A stretch of 64,000 nucleotides of DNA from an uncultured Actinomycetota bacterium. Lineage in GTDB: Bacteria; Actinomycetota; Actinomycetes; Mycobacteriales; CADCTP01. The notes beneath the pieces are model-generated. The model was not told the origin of the DNA. It ran no database searches and was given only the letters and a program-made list of their open reading frames with translations. The translations under genes and the position numbers were made by a program. The DNA is taken from the NCBI GenBank assembly GCA_963728945.1, contig CAVSMA010000002.1, positions 674,723 through 738,722 of the forward strand, given 5' to 3'. Every line of letters starts with the position of its first letter. Positions within the stretch are counted from its first letter, which is position 1. This document shows, one piece after another, positions 40,487-49,313 of this stretch.

Positions 40487-40626
40487 TCCGCCGCCGGGTG
40501 CGCTCCTCCGTTCGGCCGCTGCCGGTGGGAATCGTCGGGCCGGTAGGGTGAGCGCCCTACCGCCGGTACTCGGGACGTTCTTCCCCTCCGGAGCTACGGC
40601 CGGCGGACGGTGGGGGGAGGCAGCGC

Positions 40627-41223
40627 GTGTCCCGGTTCAGGGTGCGGGTTCGGACGGCGTCGTCGGACGACGTCGACGACTTAGTGGCGCTGGTCGGCAG
40701 CATGACCGACCTCGGCCCGGTGCGCGGCCGCCGGGTCGCGCGCGGCTGGCCGGACGGGTTCCGGACCCGGTGCGAGAAGGTGCTGGCCGACCCGGCGCAC
40801 CGGGTGGTGGTCGCCGTGGACGAGACCGACGCGGTCGTCGGCGCGGCCGTCTTCGCCGCCGACGCCGCGGCCGGGCTGCTCGATCCGCCGGCGGTATACG
40901 TGAGCCACCTGCTGGTCGCGCCGGCCCACCGCAGGCGCGGCGCCGGGCGGGCGCTGGTCTCCGCCGCCGCCGGCTACGCCGAGGAGCTCGGCGTCGACTC
41001 GGTCGTGGTGGCGGTCGCGCCGACCACCCGGGACGCGAACCGGTTCTTCGCCCGGCTCGGCTTCGCGCCGCAGGTGATCCGGCGGATCGCCGGGGTGCAC
41101 TCGCTGCGCCGGGCCCTGGCCAGTGCCGACCCGATCGGCGAGCCGACGCTGCCGCCCGCCCGGGCGGGCCTGACCCGGGCGCTGCCCCGCGGCCCCCGGT
41201 CCCGCCTGCGCCGCACCGGCTAG
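40627..41223 (+). CDS. GNAT-family N-acetyltransferase
   Basis: 198 aa. Acetyl-CoA motif A LLVAPAHRRRGAGRALV. RBS GGGGGGAGG upstream. Confidence 0.8.
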   Translation: MSRFRVRVRTASSDDVDDLVALVGSMTDLGPVRGRRVARGWPDGFRTRCEKVLADPAHRVVVAVDETDAVVGAAVFAADAAAGLLDPPAVYVSHLLVAPAHRRRGAGRALVSAAAGYAEELGVDSVVVAVAPTTRDANRFFARLGFAPQVIRRIAGVHSLRRALASADPIGEPTLPPARAGLTRALPRGPRSRLRRTG

Positions 41224-41446
41224 TCCGCCAGCCGCCGCGACGCCCATCCCGTCAGCGCGGCGGCCGGCGTCGCCACCGGAGCACCGCGGTCCGGGCCGGT
41301 CCGTCGGACCCGGACGCCGCCGCCGCACGGTCGTGTGCCTGCCCGGGCGCGCCCGCCTGCACCGGCGACCGGCCCGTCGCTGCGGTGAGCTGCCGGTCCG
41401 ACGTGGTCGAGGTCGGACTGTCGGAGGGCGGTCCTAGACTCCGGGC

Positions 41447-44149
41447 GTGACCGACCGACCCCGACTCCTGCTGCTGGACGGCCATTCGCTGGCGTACCGG
41501 GCGTTCTTCGCGCTGCCCGTCGAGAACTTCCAGACCACGATGGGCATCCCGACCAACGCGGTCTACGGGTTCACCTCGATGCTCATCAACCAGCTGCGCG
41601 ATGAGCAGCCGACCCACATCGGGGTCGCGTTCGACGTCTCCCGCAAGACGTTCCGCAACGAGACCTACGCGGAATACAAGGCCGGTCGGTCGGAGTCGCC
41701 GAGTGACTTCCGCGGTCAGGTCAGCCTCATCCAGGAGGTGCTCAACGCGCTGCGGATCCCGTGGTTCGGGGTCGAGGGCTACGAGGCCGACGACGTGATC
41801 GCGACGCTCACCAGGCAGGGCGTCGAGCAGGACATGGACGTGCTCATCGCGTCCGGCGACCGCGACTCGATCCAGCTGGTCGGCGAGCACGTCACCGTGC
41901 TCTACCCCCGCCGCGGCGTGTCCGAGCTGGTCCGTTTCACCCCGGAGGAGGTCGAGGCCCGCTACGGGCTGACTCCGGCGCAATACCCGGACTTCGCCGC
42001 CCTGCGCGGCGACCCCAGCGACAACCTGCCGAGCATGCCGGGCATCGGCGAGAAGACCGCCGCCAAGTGGATCCGCGAGTTCGGCTCGCTGACCGCGCTG
42101 GTCGAGCGGGTCGACGAGGTCAAGGGCAAGGCCGGTGACACGCTGCGGGCGCACCTGGCCAGCGTGCTGCGCAACCGTCAGCTGACCGAGCTGGTCAAGG
42201 ACGTGCCGGTGCCGGTGGGCCCGCAGGACCTCGTGCTCGGCCAGTGGGACCGCGACGAGGTGCACAAGCTGTTCGACAACCTGCAGTTCCGGGTGCTGCG
42301 GGAGCGGCTGTTCCAGACCCTGACCGCCAGCCAGCCGGAGGCCGACTCCGGCTTCGACGTGACCGCGACCGTGCTCGGCCCCGACGAGGTGCCGGGCTGG
42401 CTCGAGGAGCACGCCCGCTCCGGTCGCCGGGTCGGGGTGAGCCTGCGCGGCAGCTGGGGTCGCGGCACCGGCGTGGTCCAGGGCGTCGGCCTCGCGGTCG
42501 AAGGCGGCGCTCCGGACGAGGCGGCCTACGTCGACGCCGAGGCGCTCACCGACGTCGACGAGCGGGCCCTGGTCGAGTGGCTCGCCGACCCGTCGGTGCC
42601 CAAGGCGGTGCACGACCTCAAGGGCATGCTGCTCGCGCTCTACGCGCGGGGCTGGGACATCGCCGGAGTCACCAGCGACACCGCCCTCGCGGCCTACCTG
42701 GCGCTGCCCGGGCAGCGCACGTTCGACCTCGCCGACCTCGTGCTGCGTTACCTGCGGCTCGAGCTGCGGGCGGGCACCGAGCCGATCGAGGAGGGCCAGC
42801 TCACGCTCGACGGCGGCGAGGACGAGGCCGACGCGGCGATCGCCGAGCAGCAGTCGGTGCGTGCCCGCGCGGTGGCCGACCTGGCCCGCGCGCTCGACGA
42901 CGACCTCGACCGGCGCGGGGCGACCGTGCTGCTCCAGGACGTCGAGCTGCCGCTGACCCGGGTGCTCGCCGGCATGGAGCGCACCGGCATCGGCGCCGAT
43001 CTCGACTACCTGGTCGACCTGCAGTCCGAGTTCGCCGCCCAGGTCAAGGCCGTCGAGCAGGAGGCATACGCGGCGGTCGGCCGGGAGTTCAACCTCGGCT
43101 CGCCGAAGCAGCTGCAGGCGATCCTGTTCGACGAGCTGAAGCTGCCGAAGACCAAGCGGATCAAGTCCGGCTACACCACCGATGCCGACGCGCTGGTCTG
43201 GCTGTCCGAGCAGGCGCCGGACGTGCCGCTGCTCGGCGCCCTGCTTCGGCACCGGGACGTGTCCCGGCTCAAGACCGTGGTCGACTCGCTGATCCCGATG
43301 GTCGACGACCACGGGCGCATCCACACCACGTTCAACCAGGTGATCGCGGCGACCGGCCGGCTGTCCTCGCAGGACCCCAACCTGCAGAACATCCCGATCC
43401 GCACCGCGGAGGGCCGCCGGATCCGGCGGGCGTTCGTGGTCGGCACCGGCTACGAGTCGCTGCTCACCGCCGACTACAGCCAGATCGAGATGCGGATCAT
43501 GGCCACGCTGTCCGAGGACGCGGGGCTGATCGAGGCGTTCCAGTCCGGGGAAGACCTGCACACCTTCGTCGCGTCCAAGGCGTTCAACCTGCCGCCCGAG
43601 TCGGTCGACCCGGAGCTGCGCCGGCGGATCAAGGCGATGTCGTACGGGCTGGCCTACGGGCTGTCGGCGTACGGGCTGGCCCAGCAGCTGCGGATCCACC
43701 CCGACGAGGCACGCGAGCAGATGGAGGCCTACTTCGAGCGTTTCGGCGGCGTCCGTGACTACCTGCGCGACGTGGTCGCCGCCGCCCGGCAGGACGGCTA
43801 CACCGAGACGATCCTCGGCCGCCGGCGCTACCTTCCCGACCTCACCAGCGACAACCGGCAGCGCCGGGAGATGGCCGAGCGGATGGCACTCAACGCGCCG
43901 ATCCAGGGCTCGGCCGCGGACATCATCAAGGTCGCCATGCTCGGCGTCGACCACGGGCTGCGCGAGGCCGGGCTGCGGTCCCGGCTGCTGCTGCAGGTGC
44001 ACGACGAGCTGGTGCTCGAGGTCGCGCCGGGGGAGCGGGAGGCGGTCGAGCAGCTGGTCCGGAGCCAGATGGGCGGCGCCTACCAGCTTTCCGTCGAGCT
44101 GGACGTATCCGTCGGCGTCGGCCGCACCTGGGACGACGCCGGCCACTGA
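41447..44149 (+). CDS. polA: DNA polymerase I
   Basis: 900 aa. 5'-3' exonuclease N-terminus (LLLLDGHSLAYRAFFA). Polymerase motifs DYSQIEMRIMA, RRRIKAMSYGLAYG, QVHDELVLEV. Confidence 0.97.
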   Translation: MTDRPRLLLLDGHSLAYRAFFALPVENFQTTMGIPTNAVYGFTSMLINQLRDEQPTHIGVAFDVSRKTFRNETYAEYKAGRSESPSDFRGQVSLIQEVLNALRIPWFGVEGYEADDVIATLTRQGVEQDMDVLIASGDRDSIQLVGEHVTVLYPRRGVSELVRFTPEEVEARYGLTPAQYPDFAALRGDPSDNLPSMPGIGEKTAAKWIREFGSLTALVERVDEVKGKAGDTLRAHLASVLRNRQLTELVKDVPVPVGPQDLVLGQWDRDEVHKLFDNLQFRVLRERLFQTLTASQPEADSGFDVTATVLGPDEVPGWLEEHARSGRRVGVSLRGSWGRGTGVVQGVGLAVEGGAPDEAAYVDAEALTDVDERALVEWLADPSVPKAVHDLKGMLLALYARGWDIAGVTSDTALAAYLALPGQRTFDLADLVLRYLRLELRAGTEPIEEGQLTLDGGEDEADAAIAEQQSVRARAVADLARALDDDLDRRGATVLLQDVELPLTRVLAGMERTGIGADLDYLVDLQSEFAAQVKAVEQEAYAAVGREFNLGSPKQLQAILFDELKLPKTKRIKSGYTTDADALVWLSEQAPDVPLLGALLRHRDVSRLKTVVDSLIPMVDDHGRIHTTFNQVIAATGRLSSQDPNLQNIPIRTAEGRRIRRAFVVGTGYESLLTADYSQIEMRIMATLSEDAGLIEAFQSGEDLHTFVASKAFNLPPESVDPELRRRIKAMSYGLAYGLSAYGLAQQLRIHPDEAREQMEAYFERFGGVRDYLRDVVAAARQDGYTETILGRRRYLPDLTSDNRQRREMAERMALNAPIQGSAADIIKVAMLGVDHGLREAGLRSRLLLQVHDELVLEVAPGEREAVEQLVRSQMGGAYQLSVELDVSVGVGRTWDDAGH

Positions 44150-44184
44150 CGGGCAGCTCACCGCGGTTCTGCAAGACTGCGCCG

Positions 44185-45603
44185 GTGATCGGGCGGGTGT
44201 GGCGGGCGGTGGCGGGTGCCGCCGCGATGGTGGTGCTGGTGGCGGCGTGCGGCTCGGAGCCGGCGACGCGGTCCCGGGAGGACGCGATCCGGTCCACCGC
44301 GACCGCGGTCCCGTTCACCGGCTGCGGGAAGGTCGCGTGCACCGGCACCCTCGCCGGCGCCAAGTACGAGATCGAGATGCCACGCACGTGGAACGGCACG
44401 CTGCTGCTGTTCTCCCACGGCTACCGCCCGGCCCAGCCGGCGCCGCCGGACTTCGCGCCGGTGCAGGCCGACGCCCAGGACGCGCCGACCGACGCGGTCG
44501 CGACCGCGCTGCTGGCCAAGGGTTACGCGCTGGCCGGCTCGGCGTACGCCGGCAACGGCTGGGCCGTCGCCGACGGTGTCACCGCCGGCGAGCAGCTGCA
44601 TGACTTCTTCGTCCAGAAGGTCGGCAAGCCCGACCGCACGTACGTGTGGGGCGAGTCGCTCGGCGGCCTCGTCACCGAGCTGCTGGCGGAGAAGCACCCG
44701 GACTGGATCGCCGGCGCCGCCCCGCTGTGCGGCGTGCTCGGCGGCAGCAACCTCAACTTCGACCTCGCCCTAGACGTCGCCTACGGGGTGAAGACGCTGC
44801 TGGCGCCGGGCCTGAAGACCGACGACTACGCCTCGTACGACGAGGCGAAGGCAAGCTTCGAGCAGGCCCAGAAGGCGGTCCTGGCCGCCACCAACAGCAC
44901 CGCCGGCCTCGGCAAGCTGCTGTTGCTGGCCGCGCTGGTCGACGCGCCGACGCAGACCGCGAACTTCGACGGCTCCACCTTGCAGTCCCGCGGCGGCGCC
45001 CTGGTCGAGGGGATCCTCACCGGGCTCGCGTTCGGCACCACGATCCGGCAGGAGATCGAGGGCCGGGTCGGCGGCAACCCGTCCGGCAACGAGGACGCCG
45101 ACTACGCCACCCGCGTGTCCACCTCCGAGCGGGCGCTGATCGAGAGCGTCGCGCCCGGCTCGACCGCGGCCAACCTCGCGCTGCTGGCCAACGGCAGCCG
45201 GGTCGCGCCGGACGCCGCCGCCCGGGCCAAGTTCGCCACCCTCGGCACGCCGACCGGCGCGATCACGGTGCCGACGCTGACCTTGCACACCGAGGCGGAC
45301 CCGCTGGTGCTGGTGCAGAACGAGTCGGTGTTCGCCGGCAAGGTCGCCGCGTCGAAGGCCAAGACCGCCGACCTGGTGCAGCTCTACACGAAGGCGCCGG
45401 CCCGCTACGCCAAGCCCGCGCCGTACGGGGCGGGGCACTGCAACTTCACCACGGACGAGCTGACCGGCTCGGTGGCCGCGCTGGACGGCTGGGTGCGCGG
45501 CGGCGTCTACCCCGCCGGCCCGGCGGTGACCGCCGCGTTCGGTTCGGACCCCGGGCTCGACCTCAGCTACCGGCCCGGACCGTGGCCGGCCGCCACCTCC
45601 TGA
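44185..45603 (+). CDS. secreted lipoprotein, probable alpha/beta-fold hydrolase
   Basis: 472 aa. Lipobox VVLVAACGS. Nucleophile-elbow-like GESLGG. The exact family is not recognised. Confidence 0.6.
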   Translation: MIGRVWRAVAGAAAMVVLVAACGSEPATRSREDAIRSTATAVPFTGCGKVACTGTLAGAKYEIEMPRTWNGTLLLFSHGYRPAQPAPPDFAPVQADAQDAPTDAVATALLAKGYALAGSAYAGNGWAVADGVTAGEQLHDFFVQKVGKPDRTYVWGESLGGLVTELLAEKHPDWIAGAAPLCGVLGGSNLNFDLALDVAYGVKTLLAPGLKTDDYASYDEAKASFEQAQKAVLAATNSTAGLGKLLLLAALVDAPTQTANFDGSTLQSRGGALVEGILTGLAFGTTIRQEIEGRVGGNPSGNEDADYATRVSTSERALIESVAPGSTAANLALLANGSRVAPDAAARAKFATLGTPTGAITVPTLTLHTEADPLVLVQNESVFAGKVAASKAKTADLVQLYTKAPARYAKPAPYGAGHCNFTTDELTGSVAALDGWVRGGVYPAGPAVTAAFGSDPGLDLSYRPGPWPAATS

Positions 45604-46879
45604 CCAGCGTCGTCCGGGCGGTCCAGGACAGCCCGAGCACGGTGGCGGTCAGCGCGACCGCCAGCGCGGCGCCGACGACCTCGGTCAGCGAGTGGTGCGC
45701 GACGGTCGCCACCAGCACGGCCTCGGCGGCGACGATCACCCAGACCGCGATCGTCGCGCGCCCGCGGTCCGCCGCCAGCTGCGCGTAGAGCAGGAGCTGG
45801 ACGACCCCCAGCGCGGAACCGACCGCGACGAACATCCACGCCGGCCCGGCCAGCTCCCGGTAGACCGGGCCGCCCACCGCGGCCACCGCCAGCCCGCCGG
45901 CCAGCCGGGTCACGCCGGTCATCAGCAGGCCGAGCCCGGCCAGCACGGCCAGCCCGGTCCACAGCGTGCGGCCCGGCCGCGGCGAGGCGGCCAGCTGTGG
46001 CAGCAGCACCAGCACCACCGCCTGCGGCAGGAAGAACGCCGCCTTGGCCAGCACGGCGCCGGCCCCGTACAGGCCGGACGCGGCCGCCGGCAGGTAGTGC
46101 CGGGCCAGCACCGGGTCGAGGTTGGTGAGCAGGTAGAGCCCGGCCAGCGCCTGCCCGGCCACGAGCAGCTCGGCCACCCGCCAGCCGCCCCGGGCCGGCC
46201 GGGGCCGGCCGACCAGCAGCCAGGCGACCGCGGACGAGGCCAGCACGCCGGCGGCGACGCCGGCCAGCGCGCCGGTCACGTCGCCGAGCACGAGCAGGCC
46301 GGCGATCCCGCCGGCCACCCGGGCCGCCGCGTACACGATGAGGATCGCGGCGAGCCGGTGGAAGTCCCGCCGGCCCTGGGCGATCCCCTGCAGCGCGGCC
46401 AGCACGGTCGTCGCGGCGACACCGGCGGCGACCCAGACCGCGGCCGCGGGCCCGCCCAGGGACAGGAAGCGGTCGAGCGCCGGCGCCGCCAGCACACCGA
46501 CCAGCAGCATCGTGCCGGCGGCGGCCAGCCCGAGCCCGACCGCCTCGGCCGTAGCCCGCCCGCCGGTGCCGCCGGCTCGCACCACCCGGACCGCGACGAC
46601 CGCCTGCAGCGCGAGCGCCGGGACCGAGGCCACCAGCGTGACGGCGAGCAGCGCGACGAACACCCCGTACTGCTCCGGCGCCAGCAGCCGAGCCCCGGCC
46701 AGGCTCAGCCCGTACGAGAGCAGGTTGGCGACGGTCGTGCCGGCCGCCACCGCGATCCCGCCGGCGGCGACGGTCCGCCCCGCCGGCGGGTCGGACAGCG
46801 TCGGGCTGGTCGTGCTCAGTGCGGGCTCCCCACTCCTCGGCGGCTCGCCTTGGTACCACGGACCGGCTGTCCGGCGCAC
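45563..46879 (-). CDS. polysaccharide-biosynthesis/MOP-superfamily flippase (Wzx/MurJ-like)
   Basis: 438 aa, about 12-14 hydrophobic helices. GTG start is 10 nt after the kinase stop. The 3' end overlaps the convergent hydrolase gene by 41 nt. Confidence 0.65.
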   Translation of the reverse strand: MRRTAGPWYQGEPPRSGEPALSTTSPTLSDPPAGRTVAAGGIAVAAGTTVANLLSYGLSLAGARLLAPEQYGVFVALLAVTLVASVPALALQAVVAVRVVRAGGTGGRATAEAVGLGLAAAGTMLLVGVLAAPALDRFLSLGGPAAAVWVAAGVAATTVLAALQGIAQGRRDFHRLAAILIVYAAARVAGGIAGLLVLGDVTGALAGVAAGVLASSAVAWLLVGRPRPARGGWRVAELLVAGQALAGLYLLTNLDPVLARHYLPAAASGLYGAGAVLAKAAFFLPQAVVLVLLPQLAASPRPGRTLWTGLAVLAGLGLLMTGVTRLAGGLAVAAVGGPVYRELAGPAWMFVAVGSALGVVQLLLYAQLAADRGRATIAVWVIVAAEAVLVATVAHHSLTEVVGAALAVALTATVLGLSWTARTTLVRRWRPATVRAGS

Positions 46880-46889
46880 GAGGACGGGC

Positions 46890-47906
46890 TCAGGCCCGCC
46901 AGGTGGTCAGGCCCCGGCGCTCGAACGCGACGTCGGTGACCACGCCGCCCATCCGGGTCAGCGCCTCGGCCAGCCGGTGCTTCCGGGCGAAGTCGCAGTA
47001 GAACAGGATGTAGCCGCCACCCCCGGCGCCGGTGACCTTGCCGCCGAGCGCGCCGGCCCGCATCGCCACGTCGTAGGCCTCCTCGATGAAGTCGGTGGCG
47101 ATCAGCGGGGACATCCGCTTCTTCTGCTTCCACGCCTCGCCGAGCAGCGAGCCGAACTCGGACAGCTCGCCGCGCAGCAGCGCCGACTTCATCGCCACCG
47201 CCAGCTCCTTCTGCGCCCGCAGCCCGGCCAGCGTCTCCAGCTCGCCGCCGGCCAGCCGGGCGGTCTGGTCCTCGATGATCAGGGCCGACTGCCTGGTCGT
47301 GCCGGTCCAGCACAGCAGCAGGTTCAGCTGCAGCTCGTCGACGACCGAGTCGTTGACCCGCAGCGGGTTGACGATCACCCGCTCGCCGAACTCGATGAAG
47401 TTGAACCCGCCGAAGGTGGCCGCGTAGTGGTCCTGGTGGCCGCCGCGGATGCGCAGGTCGACCCGCTCGGCCTGGTAGGCGAGCTCGGCCACCTCGTAGT
47501 CCGTCAGCGGCAGCCGGTGGTGCTCGCGCAGCAGCCCGACCAGCGCGACCAGCATCGTCGAGGACGAGCCGAGCCCGGAGCCGGGCGGCGCGCTGGAGCG
47601 CAGCAGCAGGTCGAAGCCGCTGCCGGGGCCCGCGCCGTCGCCGCCGAGCCGGCGTACGGCGGCCTTGACCAGATCGAGCTCGCCGTCGAAGGACGGCTCG
47701 TCCCGGGCGTCGAAGTCGAGCGACACGCCGAGGTCGAGCGAGTGCACGCAGATCCGCTGGTCCACCCGCGGCGTCAGCGAGCCGTACGCGTACCGGTCGA
47801 TGGTGGCGGACAGCACGGCGCCGCCCTCGGTCTCCGGGAACGGCGCCACGTCCGTGCCGCCGCCGGCGAAGCTGAGCCGCAGCGGGGCCCTGGACCTCAC
47901 GACCAT
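46890..47906 (-). CDS. GHMP-family sugar(-phosphate) kinase (COG2605/HddA-like)
   Basis: 338 aa. Motif II PPGSGLGSSST, motif III KVTGAGGGGYILF. N-terminal RAPLRLSFAGGGTD. Confidence 0.8.
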   Translation of the reverse strand: MVVRSRAPLRLSFAGGGTDVAPFPETEGGAVLSATIDRYAYGSLTPRVDQRICVHSLDLGVSLDFDARDEPSFDGELDLVKAAVRRLGGDGAGPGSGFDLLLRSSAPPGSGLGSSSTMLVALVGLLREHHRLPLTDYEVAELAYQAERVDLRIRGGHQDHYAATFGGFNFIEFGERVIVNPLRVNDSVVDELQLNLLLCWTGTTRQSALIIEDQTARLAGGELETLAGLRAQKELAVAMKSALLRGELSEFGSLLGEAWKQKKRMSPLIATDFIEEAYDVAMRAGALGGKVTGAGGGGYILFYCDFARKHRLAEALTRMGGVVTDVAFERRGLTTWRA

Positions 47907-47983
47907 CCGTGGTTCGTACCACGACCGTCGGCGGCTGCGCCCCCCGGTGCAGCCCGCGAGCGGAGAGCTGACATCCTGCGCCG

Positions 47984-48376
47984 ATGGACGTGCATCTGCC
48001 GCGGTCCGGCGGCCGCGGACAGCCGGTCGGCACCCGCATCTGCCTGCTGCTCGCCGCGCTCGCCCTGCTCGCCTGCGTCTACCTGCTGGTCTCCCCGCTG
48101 GAGCGGCCGACGAGCCAGGGACCGCCGTTCGACTGCGGCACCGCGCTGACCGAGCCGTCCGGCGGGTTCGCGGCCGCGGTCTGCGGTGACATCAACCTGC
48201 GCCGGCAGCTGCAGGCCGGCGCGGTCGGCCTGGCCGCGGTCGTGCTCGCCGGCGGCGGGTGGCTGGCGTTCGGCCCGGCCTGGCGGCGGCGGTCGCAGGG
48301 GCCGCCGTTCGAGGACGAGGACGGCCTGCCCACCGAACGCGGGCACGACGGCCGCGGCGCCGCCGGCATGCCCTAA
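47984..48376 (+). CDS. hypothetical 2-TM membrane protein
   Basis: 130 aa. Helices ICLLLAALALLACVYLLV and AVGLAAVVLAGGGWLAF. The SQGPPF motif is duplicated, once after each helix. Confidence 0.5.
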   Translation: MDVHLPRSGGRGQPVGTRICLLLAALALLACVYLLVSPLERPTSQGPPFDCGTALTEPSGGFAAAVCGDINLRRQLQAGAVGLAAVVLAGGGWLAFGPAWRRRSQGPPFEDEDGLPTERGHDGRGAAGMP

Positions 48377-48433
48377 TGCCCCGCGTCAGAGGTTTCGTGC
48401 CGGTTCACGAAACCTCTGACGCGGGGCACTAGG
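48372..48433 (+). promoter_or_regulatory. perfect 23-bp (extended 27-bp) inverted repeat filling the whole intergenic gap; candidate RBS-sequestering or coupling hairpin, or an I-shaped terminator
   Basis: Arms are TGCCCCGCGTCAGAGGTTTCGTG (48377-48399) and CACGAAACCTCTGACGCGGGGCA (48406-48428), with loop CCGGTT. The upstream TAA (48374-48376) lies in the extended left arm. GTG 48434 directly follows the right arm. Confidence 0.6.
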
Positions 48434-49288
48434 GTGCCCGCCGTGGACGCCGCCGCCTTCGCCGCCGAGCTCGACGGCCTGTTCTCCGGACCGCTGGAAG
48501 ACGGGACGCCGGCCGACCCCAGGTTCGCCGAGGTCACCGCCGCCGTGCCGGGCTTCACCACGCCGGCCGAGCTTGCCGTGCTCAACCTGGCCGCCCGCCG
48601 GCTGCCGGCTGGCGAGGCCTACCTGGAGGTCGGCACGTTCAAGGGTCGCTCGCTGGCCGGGACGCTGCTGGACGCGCCGGATCGGCCCTACGTCGCGGTC
48701 GAGAACTTCCAGGAGTTCGGCATGCTCGCGGCCGAGTCCAGGGCCGAGCTGCAGTCCGTGCTGGACGCGGCGTCCCGGCCGGTCACCCTGCACGACGGCG
48801 ACTGCTTCGCGGTGCTCGCCCGCCGGGACGCGGTGCCGGCCCCGGTCGGCGTCTACTTCTACGACGGCGCGCACACCGGGCTGGCGCACTACCTGGCGCT
48901 CGGCGTGGTCGAGCCGCTGCTCGCCGACGAGGCGGTGGTGCTGGTCGACGACGCGAGCTGGCCGATGGTCGCCGCCGCGACCCGCCGCTACGTCGACCGG
49001 CACCAGGGCTGGACCGTGCTGCGGGACATCCGCGCCGCCGCCGACCACGACGAACGGTGGGCCAACGGGCTGCTGGTGCTGCGTTACCGCCGGCCGCCGG
49101 GCGCGCCGCGGGCGATGGCCGGTGACGTCCGCTGGCGCCGGCTGCTGCAGGTGCGTGCCCGCGGGCCGGCGACCTCGCTGGTCTGGCGGGCGCTGCACCG
49201 GTTCCCCGGGTTGGTGCCGCTGGCCAAGCGGGTCGTGCCGAAGTCGTCGCGGACGGTGCCGGCCGACCCGGTCGGCCCGGCGAGCTAG
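48434..49288 (+). CDS. class I SAM-dependent methyltransferase (Methyltransf_24/CmcI-like)
   Basis: 284 aa. Motifs YLEVGTFKGRSL and VYFYDGAHT (DGxH), typical of this methyltransferase group. Confidence 0.7.
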   Translation: MPAVDAAAFAAELDGLFSGPLEDGTPADPRFAEVTAAVPGFTTPAELAVLNLAARRLPAGEAYLEVGTFKGRSLAGTLLDAPDRPYVAVENFQEFGMLAAESRAELQSVLDAASRPVTLHDGDCFAVLARRDAVPAPVGVYFYDGAHTGLAHYLALGVVEPLLADEAVVLVDDASWPMVAAATRRYVDRHQGWTVLRDIRAAADHDERWANGLLVLRYRRPPGAPRAMAGDVRWRRLLQVRARGPATSLVWRALHRFPGLVPLAKRVVPKSSRTVPADPVGPAS

Positions 49289-49313
49289 CCCGAGCGGCCG
49301 TCGGGCCGGTGAG

